This document shows, in pieces, positions 14,309 through 24,475 of a stretch of DNA of 31,890 nucleotides; position 1 is the first letter of the stretch; each line of letters begins with the position of its first letter. Origin of the DNA: a virus (Duplodnaviria > Caudoviricetes). Under the pieces are notes generated by a model, which made no database searches, had not been told where the DNA came from, and saw only the letters and a list, made by a program, of their open reading frames with translations. The DNA lies in IMG/VR virus record IMGVR_UViG_3300043414_000251, positions 1 through 31,890 of that record, one strand, 5' to 3'. The position numbers and the translations under genes are program-made.

Positions 14309-17140
14309 ATGTTAAAACAATTTTACGAGAAAGCATTACCTACGCAGGGTGTTTACTGTATCAGTAGCATAGACAAGACAGGCAAGGTCAGCAACCGATT
14401 TGCAGAGACACTCGATGATGTACTAAAGGAAATAGGAAAATCAAAAGACAGAGAAGTAAACACATTTGTAGCTCTAGGAGCATTTGATGGGTATAGCAGG
14501 AAAGCTGCAGACTGCTTGTTTGTGCGGTCATTCTTTATAGACTTAGATGTTGGCCCAACTAAGGATTACCCGGACAAGGGCGAAGCGCACATTGCGCTGT
14601 TCAAACTACAACACGCTGCGGAGTTACCCGAGCCAGTAGTGATTGATTCAGGCGGCGGCATCCATGCCTACTGGATTATGGACACAGATATCCCCGCTGA
14701 TGAGTGGAAGATTTACGCAGAGAAGTTTAAAGCTCTTTGCATGTTGCACATCAAGATAGACCCAGTAGTAACTGCCGATGCTGCACGTATCATGCGCGCT
14801 CCAGAGACGTTCAACTACAAGACAGACCCACCAAAACCTACGTCAGTTATCACTGAGGAAATTCATGTTTATAGCTGGGAAGAGTTCCGAGAATTTCTAG
14901 GCGGTCCAGCAGCTACAGAAGTAGATATATCAATAGCAGATATCCTTGCTGAGATACCCAAGGGGTTAGACGATGACACCAAGGCGATGCTCAAGCTGGA
15001 TAACTTCTCTAAGACATTTGCGGTCTTAGCGCAGAAGAGCGTAGACGATGAAGGCGGCTGCAACCAAGTTAAGTACATGCTTGAGAACGCCGCCACACTT
15101 GAAGAGCCGATGTGGTTTGCAGGTCTATCACTAGCCAAATTTTGTGATGACGGAGCCACAGCAATACATGAAATATCCAACGAACACCCTGACTACAACT
15201 ATGATAAAACAGAAGAAAAAGCAAGTCGCTTTCCTGCTCCGCGCACCTGCTCATGGTTCATCGATAACTTCCCAGATAGATGCGATGGATGCCAGCATAG
15301 GGGAAAAATTACTACCCCAATCGTACTTGGAAAAGAATTTAAACCCACAGCAAAAACTGATAAAGCGGAATCAGTTTGGCAAGCACCGAGTACCAAAGCA
15401 CCTTCAGAATTTCCAGACTTCTTAGTCCCCTATGTACAGGGCGTCAATGGCGGCATCTACTTTGTGCCAGCGCCCAAGATAGACAAGAAGGGTAATAAGC
15501 ACCATGAAGACCCGGTTCTTATCCTGCCTCATGACCTGTACCCCATACAGCGTATGTTCAGCCCCCATGATGGTGAGTGCTTACTAATGCGCCTAGTGCT
15601 ACCCAAAGACGAGATACGTGAGTTCCTAGTGCCCATGAAGCAGGTGTATGCTAAGGAAACTTTTAAATCACTAATGGCGTCTAACGGAGTCTTCCCGTCT
15701 AACGCTAACACGGAACATCTTATGAACTATGTAGTCAAGTGGGGGCAGTACATGCAGACTGTTGCCAAGGCAGATCAGATGCGTATGCAGATGGGTTGGA
15801 CCGCTGAACGTGCTGATGCAGCAGAGTGGGATAAACGTAGCTTTGTTATTGGTAAGAAAGAGATTACATGCAACGGCGATATCATTGATGCGCCATCATC
15901 CCCCTTCGTTAGAAGCATAGCAAAACACATAGCACCGCACGGGACTTTTGCGCGTTGGCGAGAGTCGATGGACTTTTTAAACACCCCTGAGTTTGAGCTA
16001 CACGCCTTTGCGTCCATGAGTGGATTTGGTTCTCCATTGATGAGTTATACGTCAACTTCTGGTGTTGCTGTGAGCTTATTCGGGAAGTCTGGTAACGCCA
16101 AGACCGGAGCAATGTACGCGGGTTTGAGCGTGTTTGGCAACCCAAAGAATTTGAGCGTTGTGACTGCTACTGAGAACGGTTTAACAGGCCGATATCTTGG
16201 TTTGCACAACTTGATGTTTGGGCTTGATGAGATTGGCGATAAGAAGGCTGAAGACCTAGGGCGGCTCATCCATTCTGTGTCTCATGGCAAGGCAAAGATT
16301 CGGATGCAGGGGTCGGTTAATGCGGAGCGAGAGTACGAGATGTCTGCATCCATGATTGCTATGTTCACCACCAACCATACCATCTACGGTAAGCTAGAGA
16401 ACATCAAGGCTAACCCTGACGGTGAGGCAGCACGGTTGATAGAACTGCATGTCCATAAACCCGCGCTATTGGAAAAGGAAGGTCGATTGGGAGAATATAT
16501 CTTCGATGCCTTCAACTACAACTACGGTCATGCTGGCCCGATGTTCATTAAAGAGATCATGCGGCTAGGCGACAACTACGTACTGGACCACATAGCCAAG
16601 TGGAACGAGAAATTCATTAGCGACTTTGGCGTACACACCCAGTACCGGTTCTACCAAAATCTTGTTGGGGCAAACTTTGGTGCGGCATCCATAGCTAACG
16701 AACACAGTATCACTGCCTATGAACTAGACCGCATCTACCATGAGACTGTTCGCGCCATGATCGACATTCGAGATAACGTGGTGAAGGTGAACCGCACTGA
16801 CTACCAATCCTTGCTTGGTGACTTTGTGAACAGGAACATGGGCAACATCCTAGTAATTAAGAACGGCAACGTGACTATGGAGCCACGCGGTCAGATCGTG
16901 GCTAGGATATGCAGTGACGATAACCTGCTGCAAGTTTCTAAGTCAGAGTTCAAGCGGTTCCTTGCCGAACGCCAGATCAGCCCACGTGAGTTTGAGTTTG
17001 AGATGAAGGGCAAGAAAGTCTTGATTGATGACAAGAAGGGCAGGCTAACCACCGGCTGGAAGTCAGCTATCCAAGTAGACCCAGCGTACTTATATTGGTT
17101 CAAAACTGAACTGGATATCTTTGATGATTCTGGAACCTGA
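14309..17140 (+). CDS. primase-helicase: AEP/RepB-like primase + Cys-rich linker + DUF927-type P-loop helicase
   Basis: FFIDLDVG (DxD), SGGGIHAYW and RIMRAPETFNYK primase motifs; C...CDGC cluster; QMGW...FVIG DUF927-like segment; Walker A-like GKSGNAKT and Walker B GLDE. Confidence 0.88.
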   Translation: MLKQFYEKALPTQGVYCISSIDKTGKVSNRFAETLDDVLKEIGKSKDREVNTFVALGAFDGYSRKAADCLFVRSFFIDLDVGPTKDYPDKGEAHIALFKLQHAAELPEPVVIDSGGGIHAYWIMDTDIPADEWKIYAEKFKALCMLHIKIDPVVTADAARIMRAPETFNYKTDPPKPTSVITEEIHVYSWEEFREFLGGPAATEVDISIADILAEIPKGLDDDTKAMLKLDNFSKTFAVLAQKSVDDEGGCNQVKYMLENAATLEEPMWFAGLSLAKFCDDGATAIHEISNEHPDYNYDKTEEKASRFPAPRTCSWFIDNFPDRCDGCQHRGKITTPIVLGKEFKPTAKTDKAESVWQAPSTKAPSEFPDFLVPYVQGVNGGIYFVPAPKIDKKGNKHHEDPVLILPHDLYPIQRMFSPHDGECLLMRLVLPKDEIREFLVPMKQVYAKETFKSLMASNGVFPSNANTEHLMNYVVKWGQYMQTVAKADQMRMQMGWTAERADAAEWDKRSFVIGKKEITCNGDIIDAPSSPFVRSIAKHIAPHGTFARWRESMDFLNTPEFELHAFASMSGFGSPLMSYTSTSGVAVSLFGKSGNAKTGAMYAGLSVFGNPKNLSVVTATENGLTGRYLGLHNLMFGLDEIGDKKAEDLGRLIHSVSHGKAKIRMQGSVNAEREYEMSASMIAMFTTNHTIYGKLENIKANPDGEAARLIELHVHKPALLEKEGRLGEYIFDAFNYNYGHAGPMFIKEIMRLGDNYVLDHIAKWNEKFISDFGVHTQYRFYQNLVGANFGAASIANEHSITAYELDRIYHETVRAMIDIRDNVVKVNRTDYQSLLGDFVNRNMGNILVIKNGNVTMEPRGQIVARICSDDNLLQVSKSEFKRFLAERQISPREFEFEMKGKKVLIDDKKGRLTTGWKSAIQVDPAYLYWFKTELDIFDDSGT

Positions 17141-17318
17141 GTGGCTGTTCCCGTTTAGCGGCATGGGGATCGGAGATAGCTTCTTCATCCCCACCCTTCG
17201 CTTTGCCGAGATGATCTATGCACTAGATTGCGGAGCTAAGCGTGAGGGTATTCTAGTTAAGTCATACATCACCCACAAGGATGCCCACCTCGGGGTGCGT
17301 ACTTGGCGCGTTCGTTAG
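17121..17318 (+). CDS. small conserved phage protein (65 aa)
   Basis: FPFSGMGIGDSFFIP...GVRTWRV motif; last gene of the + arm. Confidence 0.75.
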   Translation: MMILEPEWLFPFSGMGIGDSFFIPTLRFAEMIYALDCGAKREGILVKSYITHKDAHLGVRTWRVR

Positions 17319-20300
17319 GGTTCTATACCGTATGCCTTAACAGTAGTAATCAACTCATGCTTAGCCATGTTTTGCTGAAGGATGTTTACTCGTAATAGCT
17401 GTTGCTTCAATTTAGGTGAGAACTCGCTGGTGCGTATCTCATTTGCTTCAGCGCGAAGCCTATTTATATTAGCTACTTCTGAGCTATACAGTCCAACTGC
17501 AGCATCTGCCATTGGGTTGTTTGTAGTAAATCTAGCGTAAGCCACTGGGTCTTTTTCGCTTAGCGTTTTTATCCGCTGGCTTAAATCTTTAATTTTAGTT
17601 TCTACAGATGTAAACTCGCGCGAGTCAACATTGGACTTAGACCCAAAGAACGAACCAAGCAGTATTAAGTCTGACTTAGGATTGAAAATTTTCTCGCCCT
17701 TAATTAAATTTGTCCAGCTATAGCTAGTCTCTGCTACTCTAGATAGGCCATCCAGATAACTATTAGCAAAGAAATACATAGTGTTAGGACTCATATCCCA
17801 TGCACCTTGCGTAGTTGAGTACACTTGCTGCGCAGCGTCTTTATAGATATCAGGAATCTTGTCGCCGCCTGTGAACGCCTCACCATACTTACGAGTATTG
17901 GCGCTGTTGATAGCTTGACCGATACCGTTCGTGTTCATGAAGTATTCAAACATGGGACGCAGCACAGAAGGCGTAATACTATCTATCGCCCATTTTCCGG
18001 GAGAGTCAGTAGGTGGTATTCTAGAGATTGGGATAGGCAAGAACGAGTCAGATAGAATCGACATGCCAATATTCCCAAACGCTTGCTTCCACGAAGCCTG
18101 CCCATGCACCATACCGCCAATCTGTGCGCCTACGGCAGCAAACGCGCCAAGCCCAAAACCCCACGGCATCTGCAGCACAACGTCTTTAGCGTCTTTGCCA
18201 AATATCTCTTTAGCTACATCGTTAGGTAGATGGAACCTAAGAAACTTAGTCCACTGCTGCATGTCATCAGAACGGGTAGAGTTGCGTTTCCATTCATCAT
18301 CAGGAGCCATCATTATTGACATCAAGTAGGTAACATACCCCATGCCAATCAAAGCCCCTGTCATTATTTGTGCGTTGGTGCGTAGCTTCTTGTAGTTTGC
18401 TAAGTACTCCGCTTTAGCTACTTTATTATCTTGGATGTTGCCGGGCATTTGCCGCTTCATCATCTCTTCAGTCATGAACGCAGGAGCCACAGTCTCAATA
18501 GCCCGCGCAGCGCCCATTGCCGCAGGTCGGAAGAACATATAAGCAGCGCCAAGTTCACGCCCAATTGCACCCACTTTTCCGAAGTTAGCTAGGTTTAGGG
18601 TCTCTGCCGCAGCCTGCACCGCCGCAGATTCCTCTGCTGGCGACATTTTATCATTCTTACCTTTTTGGTCAGACATACCAGCGGCTATGTTTGCTGCATA
18701 CATCTTCTCTTTGAACAGTGAATACGCCGCCGTGCGGCTTGTAAATTCAAACATACCGCTCCACGTATCAGCAAACGCATTAAGCTGATCTAAGCTAGCT
18801 AGAATTTTATTACGCCCAATCTTTGACAGTTTTTCATAGTTAGCTTTTAAAGCCATGCTGTCTATGTAGGATGACTTACCACCAAAACGCAGCATCTCTA
18901 GCATGTCTTTCACAAACGGGTCTTTATCTGCCATATCAAGCAGTTGTTTACGACTAGCCGCATCACCCTTTTCATGCAAGGAAGCTACCAACCACGCTTT
19001 ACCGAGGCCGTTACGCATGACGCTATAGGCGACATCTTTAATATAAACAAGCGCGCTAAGAGGCCCGAACTGACCCCCACCAATATTCCATGCGTTGGTC
19101 AACATATCAACAACGAAGTTCTTAGGCGCAAAGTTCCAGTTGTACCGGGTGTGCATCGAGCCAATCCACGACGTGATGTTGTTAGCTAAATTAAGTGTTA
19201 CGTTGTTCTTCTTGTATGAATACCGAATTGCCGCAGCTAATTTAGGTTCATATATCCTAATAACATCTATAGAACCATCTTCATTACGGTGAAATATAGT
19301 ATTATTACTACCTTTATACTGCAACAATTTAGAAGTCTCATACTCAGCAAATGGTATGTTCTCAACTACTTCAGCGTTGATAATTCCCGTACCATTAGGA
19401 TTTTTCTCCTTATCTTGCTTAGCTGAGTTTTTAAGCGCTTCAGTGGCGTTAACCACTCCAGCACGATGCGCTGCGCGGAAAGAATCATACATAACCTGTA
19501 GGATAGGATTATCCGACACAGTAGAACGCCCACTAGTAGCATATTCATGGTCTACCAGTGTTTTGTTTCTACCTTCAGTGATGCGGTTAGGATCAATATA
19601 TTTATCCATTACATGAGCGTCTTCGGTTTCTTTAAACTTTGACAGCCCCTTGAATGGCATGTAGTGCTGATAGTTATACATACCCAACAAGTTATCCACG
19701 GGGGTAGACCAAAAATTACCTATCTGATTAAGTTCTTTGGTGGCGTCAGTCAATGCCTTAACTGAAGTAAAAATCTTCTGTATAGCATCTTTATGTTCTT
19801 GCGGCATTGCATCGTACTGCTGCCTACGAAGAGCTACTTCGCCTTTGTCAATACCAAGCACGTTGTATATACCGTCATCCTTCTTTAGGCCTATACCCGC
19901 TTTTTTGTTCTCCGCGCTAAACGTAAGGCCTCTAGGAGAATAACCGTTGTAGTCAGCATGCGTATTTGCAAGCCCTGTAAGGAGGTTCCAGAAATTCTTT
20001 TTCTGTGCGTCAGTCAATTTGTATTTATGGATAATCCCCGACGCTCCAGTAGAAGGGTCACCCAAGATTGCTGTACGTACATCAGCCGCACCCATTTGTT
20101 TACCAAGGAATGACACTAATTTTGGTCCCGTAGGTTCTTTAGCAAGCGGCACGGTGGTAACAAACTTAACAGTGCGGCGCTCATCCTCGCTAAACATCTC
20201 AGCCAACATGTGGATATCTATAAACGTCTCATTCGTATTACCATCCTTAGCCATGTTGGCATAGTCTTGGAAAGATTCCTTGAGGTCTTTTAGCGGCTCA

Positions 20301-23300
20301 GACAGATAGTGGGTAATGTAGTTCTGGATTACGGACGTAGATGTATCCGACAACTCAGTGAAGTTATTGAATGCTTTAGATACATCACGATCAACTTTAC
20401 CGCCCAAATCTTGGCGCATGTAGTGACTTCTAGCTTCGTATGTTTTATCCGTAGTCAGACGCGCAATGTTCCTCCACCCAGCAGTGCTAAATAGGCTTTT
20501 AAACAAGCCACCATCTTCCGACTTACCGGTCTCTTTTTCAGTAGGAGCATATGCATCACGAAGACTCGCATCATCAAGGCCACCTTTGCGGGTGGGTGCT
20601 TTAATTGATGGCTTATTCTTAGCGGATAGTTGGTCAAGATAGATAGGCTCTGTCGGCACAGCAAGAATGCTATCAAAAGCAACAGCTGTTTCTACTAGCA
20701 AACTTTGTTTTACACCGGGAATAAGATTACCAGTTTTAGTAAATAGGTTTTTACCAACTTTAAGAATTTTTGCAATACCCAATGTAAATGCTGACCAAGC
20801 AGATTTATTACCCGGCAGTATAGACATTAACTGCTTAGTAGGGTCATCAAGTTTTTGTTCAAATGCCAAACCTTCAGCTAAAGCGGGGTCATGCAAATCT
20901 GCTTGAAATGTTTCATCAGTTAGCGCATAAGCTGTAAACTCAAATATATTTTCGTATGCGCGAGGATGTTCCTCTTGCAGCACCCCTTTAGTAGCATTCA
21001 TAATATTAATGAGATGCTCAACGCCGCGAATTTGTTCTGGAGTAAGTAGTTTTAATCGACCCATTGTGTAGTCGTTAAGGACTTTTACAGTAGCAGCATG
21101 AACTACTTCGTGCAAAACTACACCATTAGTTAAACCGTCAGCAGTAATAAAAATAGCATCTTTAACCGGGTCATATATAGCTAAATCGCCACCGGGCAAG
21201 CTTTCTACGTAGCTAATAGTCGTTTTCAAATTCATTAAGAATATTGACTGAGCTACTTCTTTAAGTATTTTCTTGCCAAGGGTCATCTCTTGCCCAGTAG
21301 CTTTAACACTACCCAATGTACGTAGGTATTGCAAAACTCCTTTTAAGTCATTGCTTTTAACCATTTGAACTACATTACTGGGCAGCACACTATTTGCCAT
21401 ACCTGATATAACGCTGGGTGTGTTACCCATAATCTGGTTAAACCGTTGCGTATCTCTTTCATGTTTAGCGCGGCGCTCTTCATAGAGCTTAGTCTCTACC
21501 GCAATCTGTTGCTGTATCAACGCAAAGTTATCAGCAGCTTTCTTTTTGGCAGTGGCATCCATACCCCCTGCTTCACTTAATAGATGTACACCTAAATCAG
21601 CAAAGGCAGCATCTTGAAATATTCCAGCGCCGGTATATGTATACGTTTCTTTATTTGTAATTGGGTCAATATTTATCTGTACTACTTTATTTAGATAAAC
21701 AAGTTTTGCTTCTTTAGATAAGTCGCCCCAACGTGGAAATTTTAATGGAAATATACGGCTATACGAAGCACGATTTTCTTCGTAAGCATTGGCTACCCTA
21801 CGTTCAGTGGGTGACATTTTTTCTGTGCCATATCCACGTGAACGAGAATTTTGTTCTTTTCTATATTTACGCAAAACCTCAGCAGCTACAGCATGTTCAG
21901 CTAAAGAGTTTTTCTTTATTTGGCTAAAATAAACATCTTTTTCATCAGCGCCCAGCCTGTGCCATTCAGGCATTTCTGATTGTTCACTACCGTAATCTGT
22001 CAATGCTTGGGAAATAGACCGCAGTTGCGCGCGTATTGCGTCTTCTTGCTTAGCTACGGCATCGGACTGCTCGAGTAATTCAATTTCACGTGGAGACAAC
22101 TCAAGCGATTTGGTTTTACGCTTCGCGTTTTCAGCTTTATTTACCTCATCGCCTTGGGCATCCAGTGCCGCGCGCTTTTCTTCCAGCACAGCTAATTGTT
22201 TAGCAAGCTCATCGTGCTGTTTTGCAAGCTCTGCGCGTTTTGCGTTATCTTCTTTGACCTTAGCATTTACTTGTTCGCGGGTATCGTTATAAAGTTCTTC
22301 CGTATTTGCAGGGATATTTTCTTGCTCATACTTAGGCTCGCCACGGGCACCTGCTTCTTTTTGATTTTCCCTACGTTGTTTTCTTTCATCCAACAAAGTT
22401 TGGTATTGATCTTGAGGTTCTTGAAGCGTTACATTGGTAGGTTTACTTTGCTCTTCCTTTAATGCTTTAGTAAGCTGGTTAATTTTATACTTTGAACTAG
22501 TCTGCTGGGCGTCATCCAACTGCGTTTGCAAATCAGCAATGCGCGCTTCATCCCTATATTGATATACATTTGAGGTAGCTTTAGTGCCAACTTCTTCAGT
22601 CTGACCTGTAACCTGCTGTTCTTTATAAGGGCCGGGGCTAACATCAAGCAGTTTTTTGCCACCCTGCATAGGGTATGGCCTTAGCGGTGAACCTTTAAAT
22701 TGAATCAAGCTAGTATCTACCGTAGTTTCTTCTACTGGCTTTTTAGCGCTAAGTACCTGCGTAGGCAACCCCACGGATTCTTTATACTTACTAAGATTTT
22801 CTTTAGCTTTTTTAATTGAGTTCTCTGGAGCGCCATTGTCTTCAAGGACCCCTATAGCTTCTACACGCCGATTAATTTCATTTTGAATTTCAGGAGTAAT
22901 TGTTGGCGCGGTATCTACATCTGTGGCTGTGGACGTTTGTTGTCCTTGCGACGTTGTTTGCTGGGTTTGAGCGGTTTCATCGACATTAGTGGTTCCAGTT
23001 AAGTCAGGGATATCAGTGAGTTCTTCTTCGATAGGGGCAGCATTTTTCTTATCCATGTAGTCGCGCAATGCTGCCATAGCTTTAACGCGATAATTTTCAC
23101 CTTTTGCAGCTACGGGCTTTTCAATGCCTAGCGACGTAAGCAGGGCGCTTAATTTGCCTACATTAAGTTCACCCGATTTTTTTATATCTAATTCCTTACC
23201 CTCTGGGAATTGAGTCAGAAATAGGTTTGCAAGCTCTTCTTCAGGAGGACCTTTAGGCTTAGCATTGAACGCCTTCTCTAGGTCTTCATCAGATATTTCT

Positions 23301-24475
23301 TCTTGCGTAGCTTTGGTCTTGCCTGACGGTGTAAACGCTTCTTTGTACGCATCTTCGCCTACACCAGCTTCTTTTAACTCCTTAACAGTCAGGTCTCTCT
23401 TAGCACTTGCGGCTTCTCTACCGCCAGACACAGCCCCCATGCCCAGACCAGCCAAGCCTTCTAAGGTACCCTGCCCAACAACACCCCGCATAGTGGGCAC
23501 ATCAAAGCCTAGCCGTTGCTGAGCGATGTTCTGAGCCGCCTGCTCTTGACTGCCCTGAAGTCCTTCGCCTAAGAATTCCTTACCAGCAGTAATCCCAGCC
23601 TGCTTTGCTACGCCACGTTTAGCGGCTTCCATAGTGGCTTTTTCAGTAGCCAACCTAACCGCTTCTTTTTGCGCCACGGTAGAAGCAATGCCTTTAGCAA
23701 GCTGCCGCGCTATAACAGGCTCCGCTCCACTTGCCCCACCAATCGCACCAAGCCCAATACCCAACAAAATCTGGTCTAGATTTTTACCGTCGTAAGCTTG
23801 TGCTTGAACAGCGGCCTTCTCAATCTGCGCTGGCGTCATCTCAGTTTTTTCGCTGAGAATTTGCTTAGTTGCATCGTAGATAGAGCCTTTAACCGTACCC
23901 GCGCCCATCATTGCGCCAGTACCAAGCGTTGCTGCGCCAGCTATAAGTGGTGTTCCACCAGTCAAAGTAGTAGCCAACGCAGCAGCAATAGCAGGCGCGG
24001 ATGTGCCCAACGCGTTAGCAAGCAAGTCTACGGGGGCAACGCTAAATGCTTTAGCGCCAGCAATGACGTTTTCTAAAATGCCCTTGTCTTCCGCATCCTT
24101 CATGATGCGTGCGATCTCTTGGCTATCCTTCTTAGACTGCGCGCTGTACAGATCAGCAATGTAGTTCTCAACCCCTCTAAGATTTTGAGATACAGCACTA
24201 TCTGCGCCGAACGCATCTGCCACTAAGCGGACACCAGTTACTGCACCAGCGCCAATCTTTAGCGGCACGTCAGCAAACTGGCGTGGGACTCCACCTAGGA
24301 TTTCCTTGTTTGGCTCTTGTGGAGGAACCAAAGGAGCAGCTTGAAACCCTACCTTCTGGTAGAAATCATTTACCGGTATGTCAGAGTAGAACTTACTATG
24401 TAACCCATCAACAAGCTCTTTATCCGGCAAATCATTGTACTGGGGGTACTTTTGCCGAATGTCTAGGATGTTCAT
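17315..24475 (-). CDS. giant internal virion/ejection protein (2386 aa), polyvalent type with a zincin metallopeptidase motif and an LPD38-like C-terminus
   Basis: N-terminal IRQKYPQYNDLPDKELVDGLHSKFY motif; Gly/Ala hydrophobic region; coiled coils; VVLHEVVHA with downstream EF.AYAL; C-terminal P.GFG.G...P..E...N....G..I pattern recalled as LPD38. Confidence 0.8.
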   Translation of the reverse strand: MNILDIRQKYPQYNDLPDKELVDGLHSKFYSDIPVNDFYQKVGFQAAPLVPPQEPNKEILGGVPRQFADVPLKIGAGAVTGVRLVADAFGADSAVSQNLRGVENYIADLYSAQSKKDSQEIARIMKDAEDKGILENVIAGAKAFSVAPVDLLANALGTSAPAIAAALATTLTGGTPLIAGAATLGTGAMMGAGTVKGSIYDATKQILSEKTEMTPAQIEKAAVQAQAYDGKNLDQILLGIGLGAIGGASGAEPVIARQLAKGIASTVAQKEAVRLATEKATMEAAKRGVAKQAGITAGKEFLGEGLQGSQEQAAQNIAQQRLGFDVPTMRGVVGQGTLEGLAGLGMGAVSGGREAASAKRDLTVKELKEAGVGEDAYKEAFTPSGKTKATQEEISDEDLEKAFNAKPKGPPEEELANLFLTQFPEGKELDIKKSGELNVGKLSALLTSLGIEKPVAAKGENYRVKAMAALRDYMDKKNAAPIEEELTDIPDLTGTTNVDETAQTQQTTSQGQQTSTATDVDTAPTITPEIQNEINRRVEAIGVLEDNGAPENSIKKAKENLSKYKESVGLPTQVLSAKKPVEETTVDTSLIQFKGSPLRPYPMQGGKKLLDVSPGPYKEQQVTGQTEEVGTKATSNVYQYRDEARIADLQTQLDDAQQTSSKYKINQLTKALKEEQSKPTNVTLQEPQDQYQTLLDERKQRRENQKEAGARGEPKYEQENIPANTEELYNDTREQVNAKVKEDNAKRAELAKQHDELAKQLAVLEEKRAALDAQGDEVNKAENAKRKTKSLELSPREIELLEQSDAVAKQEDAIRAQLRSISQALTDYGSEQSEMPEWHRLGADEKDVYFSQIKKNSLAEHAVAAEVLRKYRKEQNSRSRGYGTEKMSPTERRVANAYEENRASYSRIFPLKFPRWGDLSKEAKLVYLNKVVQINIDPITNKETYTYTGAGIFQDAAFADLGVHLLSEAGGMDATAKKKAADNFALIQQQIAVETKLYEERRAKHERDTQRFNQIMGNTPSVISGMANSVLPSNVVQMVKSNDLKGVLQYLRTLGSVKATGQEMTLGKKILKEVAQSIFLMNLKTTISYVESLPGGDLAIYDPVKDAIFITADGLTNGVVLHEVVHAATVKVLNDYTMGRLKLLTPEQIRGVEHLINIMNATKGVLQEEHPRAYENIFEFTAYALTDETFQADLHDPALAEGLAFEQKLDDPTKQLMSILPGNKSAWSAFTLGIAKILKVGKNLFTKTGNLIPGVKQSLLVETAVAFDSILAVPTEPIYLDQLSAKNKPSIKAPTRKGGLDDASLRDAYAPTEKETGKSEDGGLFKSLFSTAGWRNIARLTTDKTYEARSHYMRQDLGGKVDRDVSKAFNNFTELSDTSTSVIQNYITHYLSEPLKDLKESFQDYANMAKDGNTNETFIDIHMLAEMFSEDERRTVKFVTTVPLAKEPTGPKLVSFLGKQMGAADVRTAILGDPSTGASGIIHKYKLTDAQKKNFWNLLTGLANTHADYNGYSPRGLTFSAENKKAGIGLKKDDGIYNVLGIDKGEVALRRQQYDAMPQEHKDAIQKIFTSVKALTDATKELNQIGNFWSTPVDNLLGMYNYQHYMPFKGLSKFKETEDAHVMDKYIDPNRITEGRNKTLVDHEYATSGRSTVSDNPILQVMYDSFRAAHRAGVVNATEALKNSAKQDKEKNPNGTGIINAEVVENIPFAEYETSKLLQYKGSNNTIFHRNEDGSIDVIRIYEPKLAAAIRYSYKKNNVTLNLANNITSWIGSMHTRYNWNFAPKNFVVDMLTNAWNIGGGQFGPLSALVYIKDVAYSVMRNGLGKAWLVASLHEKGDAASRKQLLDMADKDPFVKDMLEMLRFGGKSSYIDSMALKANYEKLSKIGRNKILASLDQLNAFADTWSGMFEFTSRTAAYSLFKEKMYAANIAAGMSDQKGKNDKMSPAEESAAVQAAAETLNLANFGKVGAIGRELGAAYMFFRPAAMGAARAIETVAPAFMTEEMMKRQMPGNIQDNKVAKAEYLANYKKLRTNAQIMTGALIGMGYVTYLMSIMMAPDDEWKRNSTRSDDMQQWTKFLRFHLPNDVAKEIFGKDAKDVVLQMPWGFGLGAFAAVGAQIGGMVHGQASWKQAFGNIGMSILSDSFLPIPISRIPPTDSPGKWAIDSITPSVLRPMFEYFMNTNGIGQAINSANTRKYGEAFTGGDKIPDIYKDAAQQVYSTTQGAWDMSPNTMYFFANSYLDGLSRVAETSYSWTNLIKGEKIFNPKSDLILLGSFFGSKSNVDSREFTSVETKIKDLSQRIKTLSEKDPVAYARFTTNNPMADAAVGLYSSEVANINRLRAEANEIRTSEFSPKLKQQLLRVNILQQNMAKHELITTVKAYGIEP

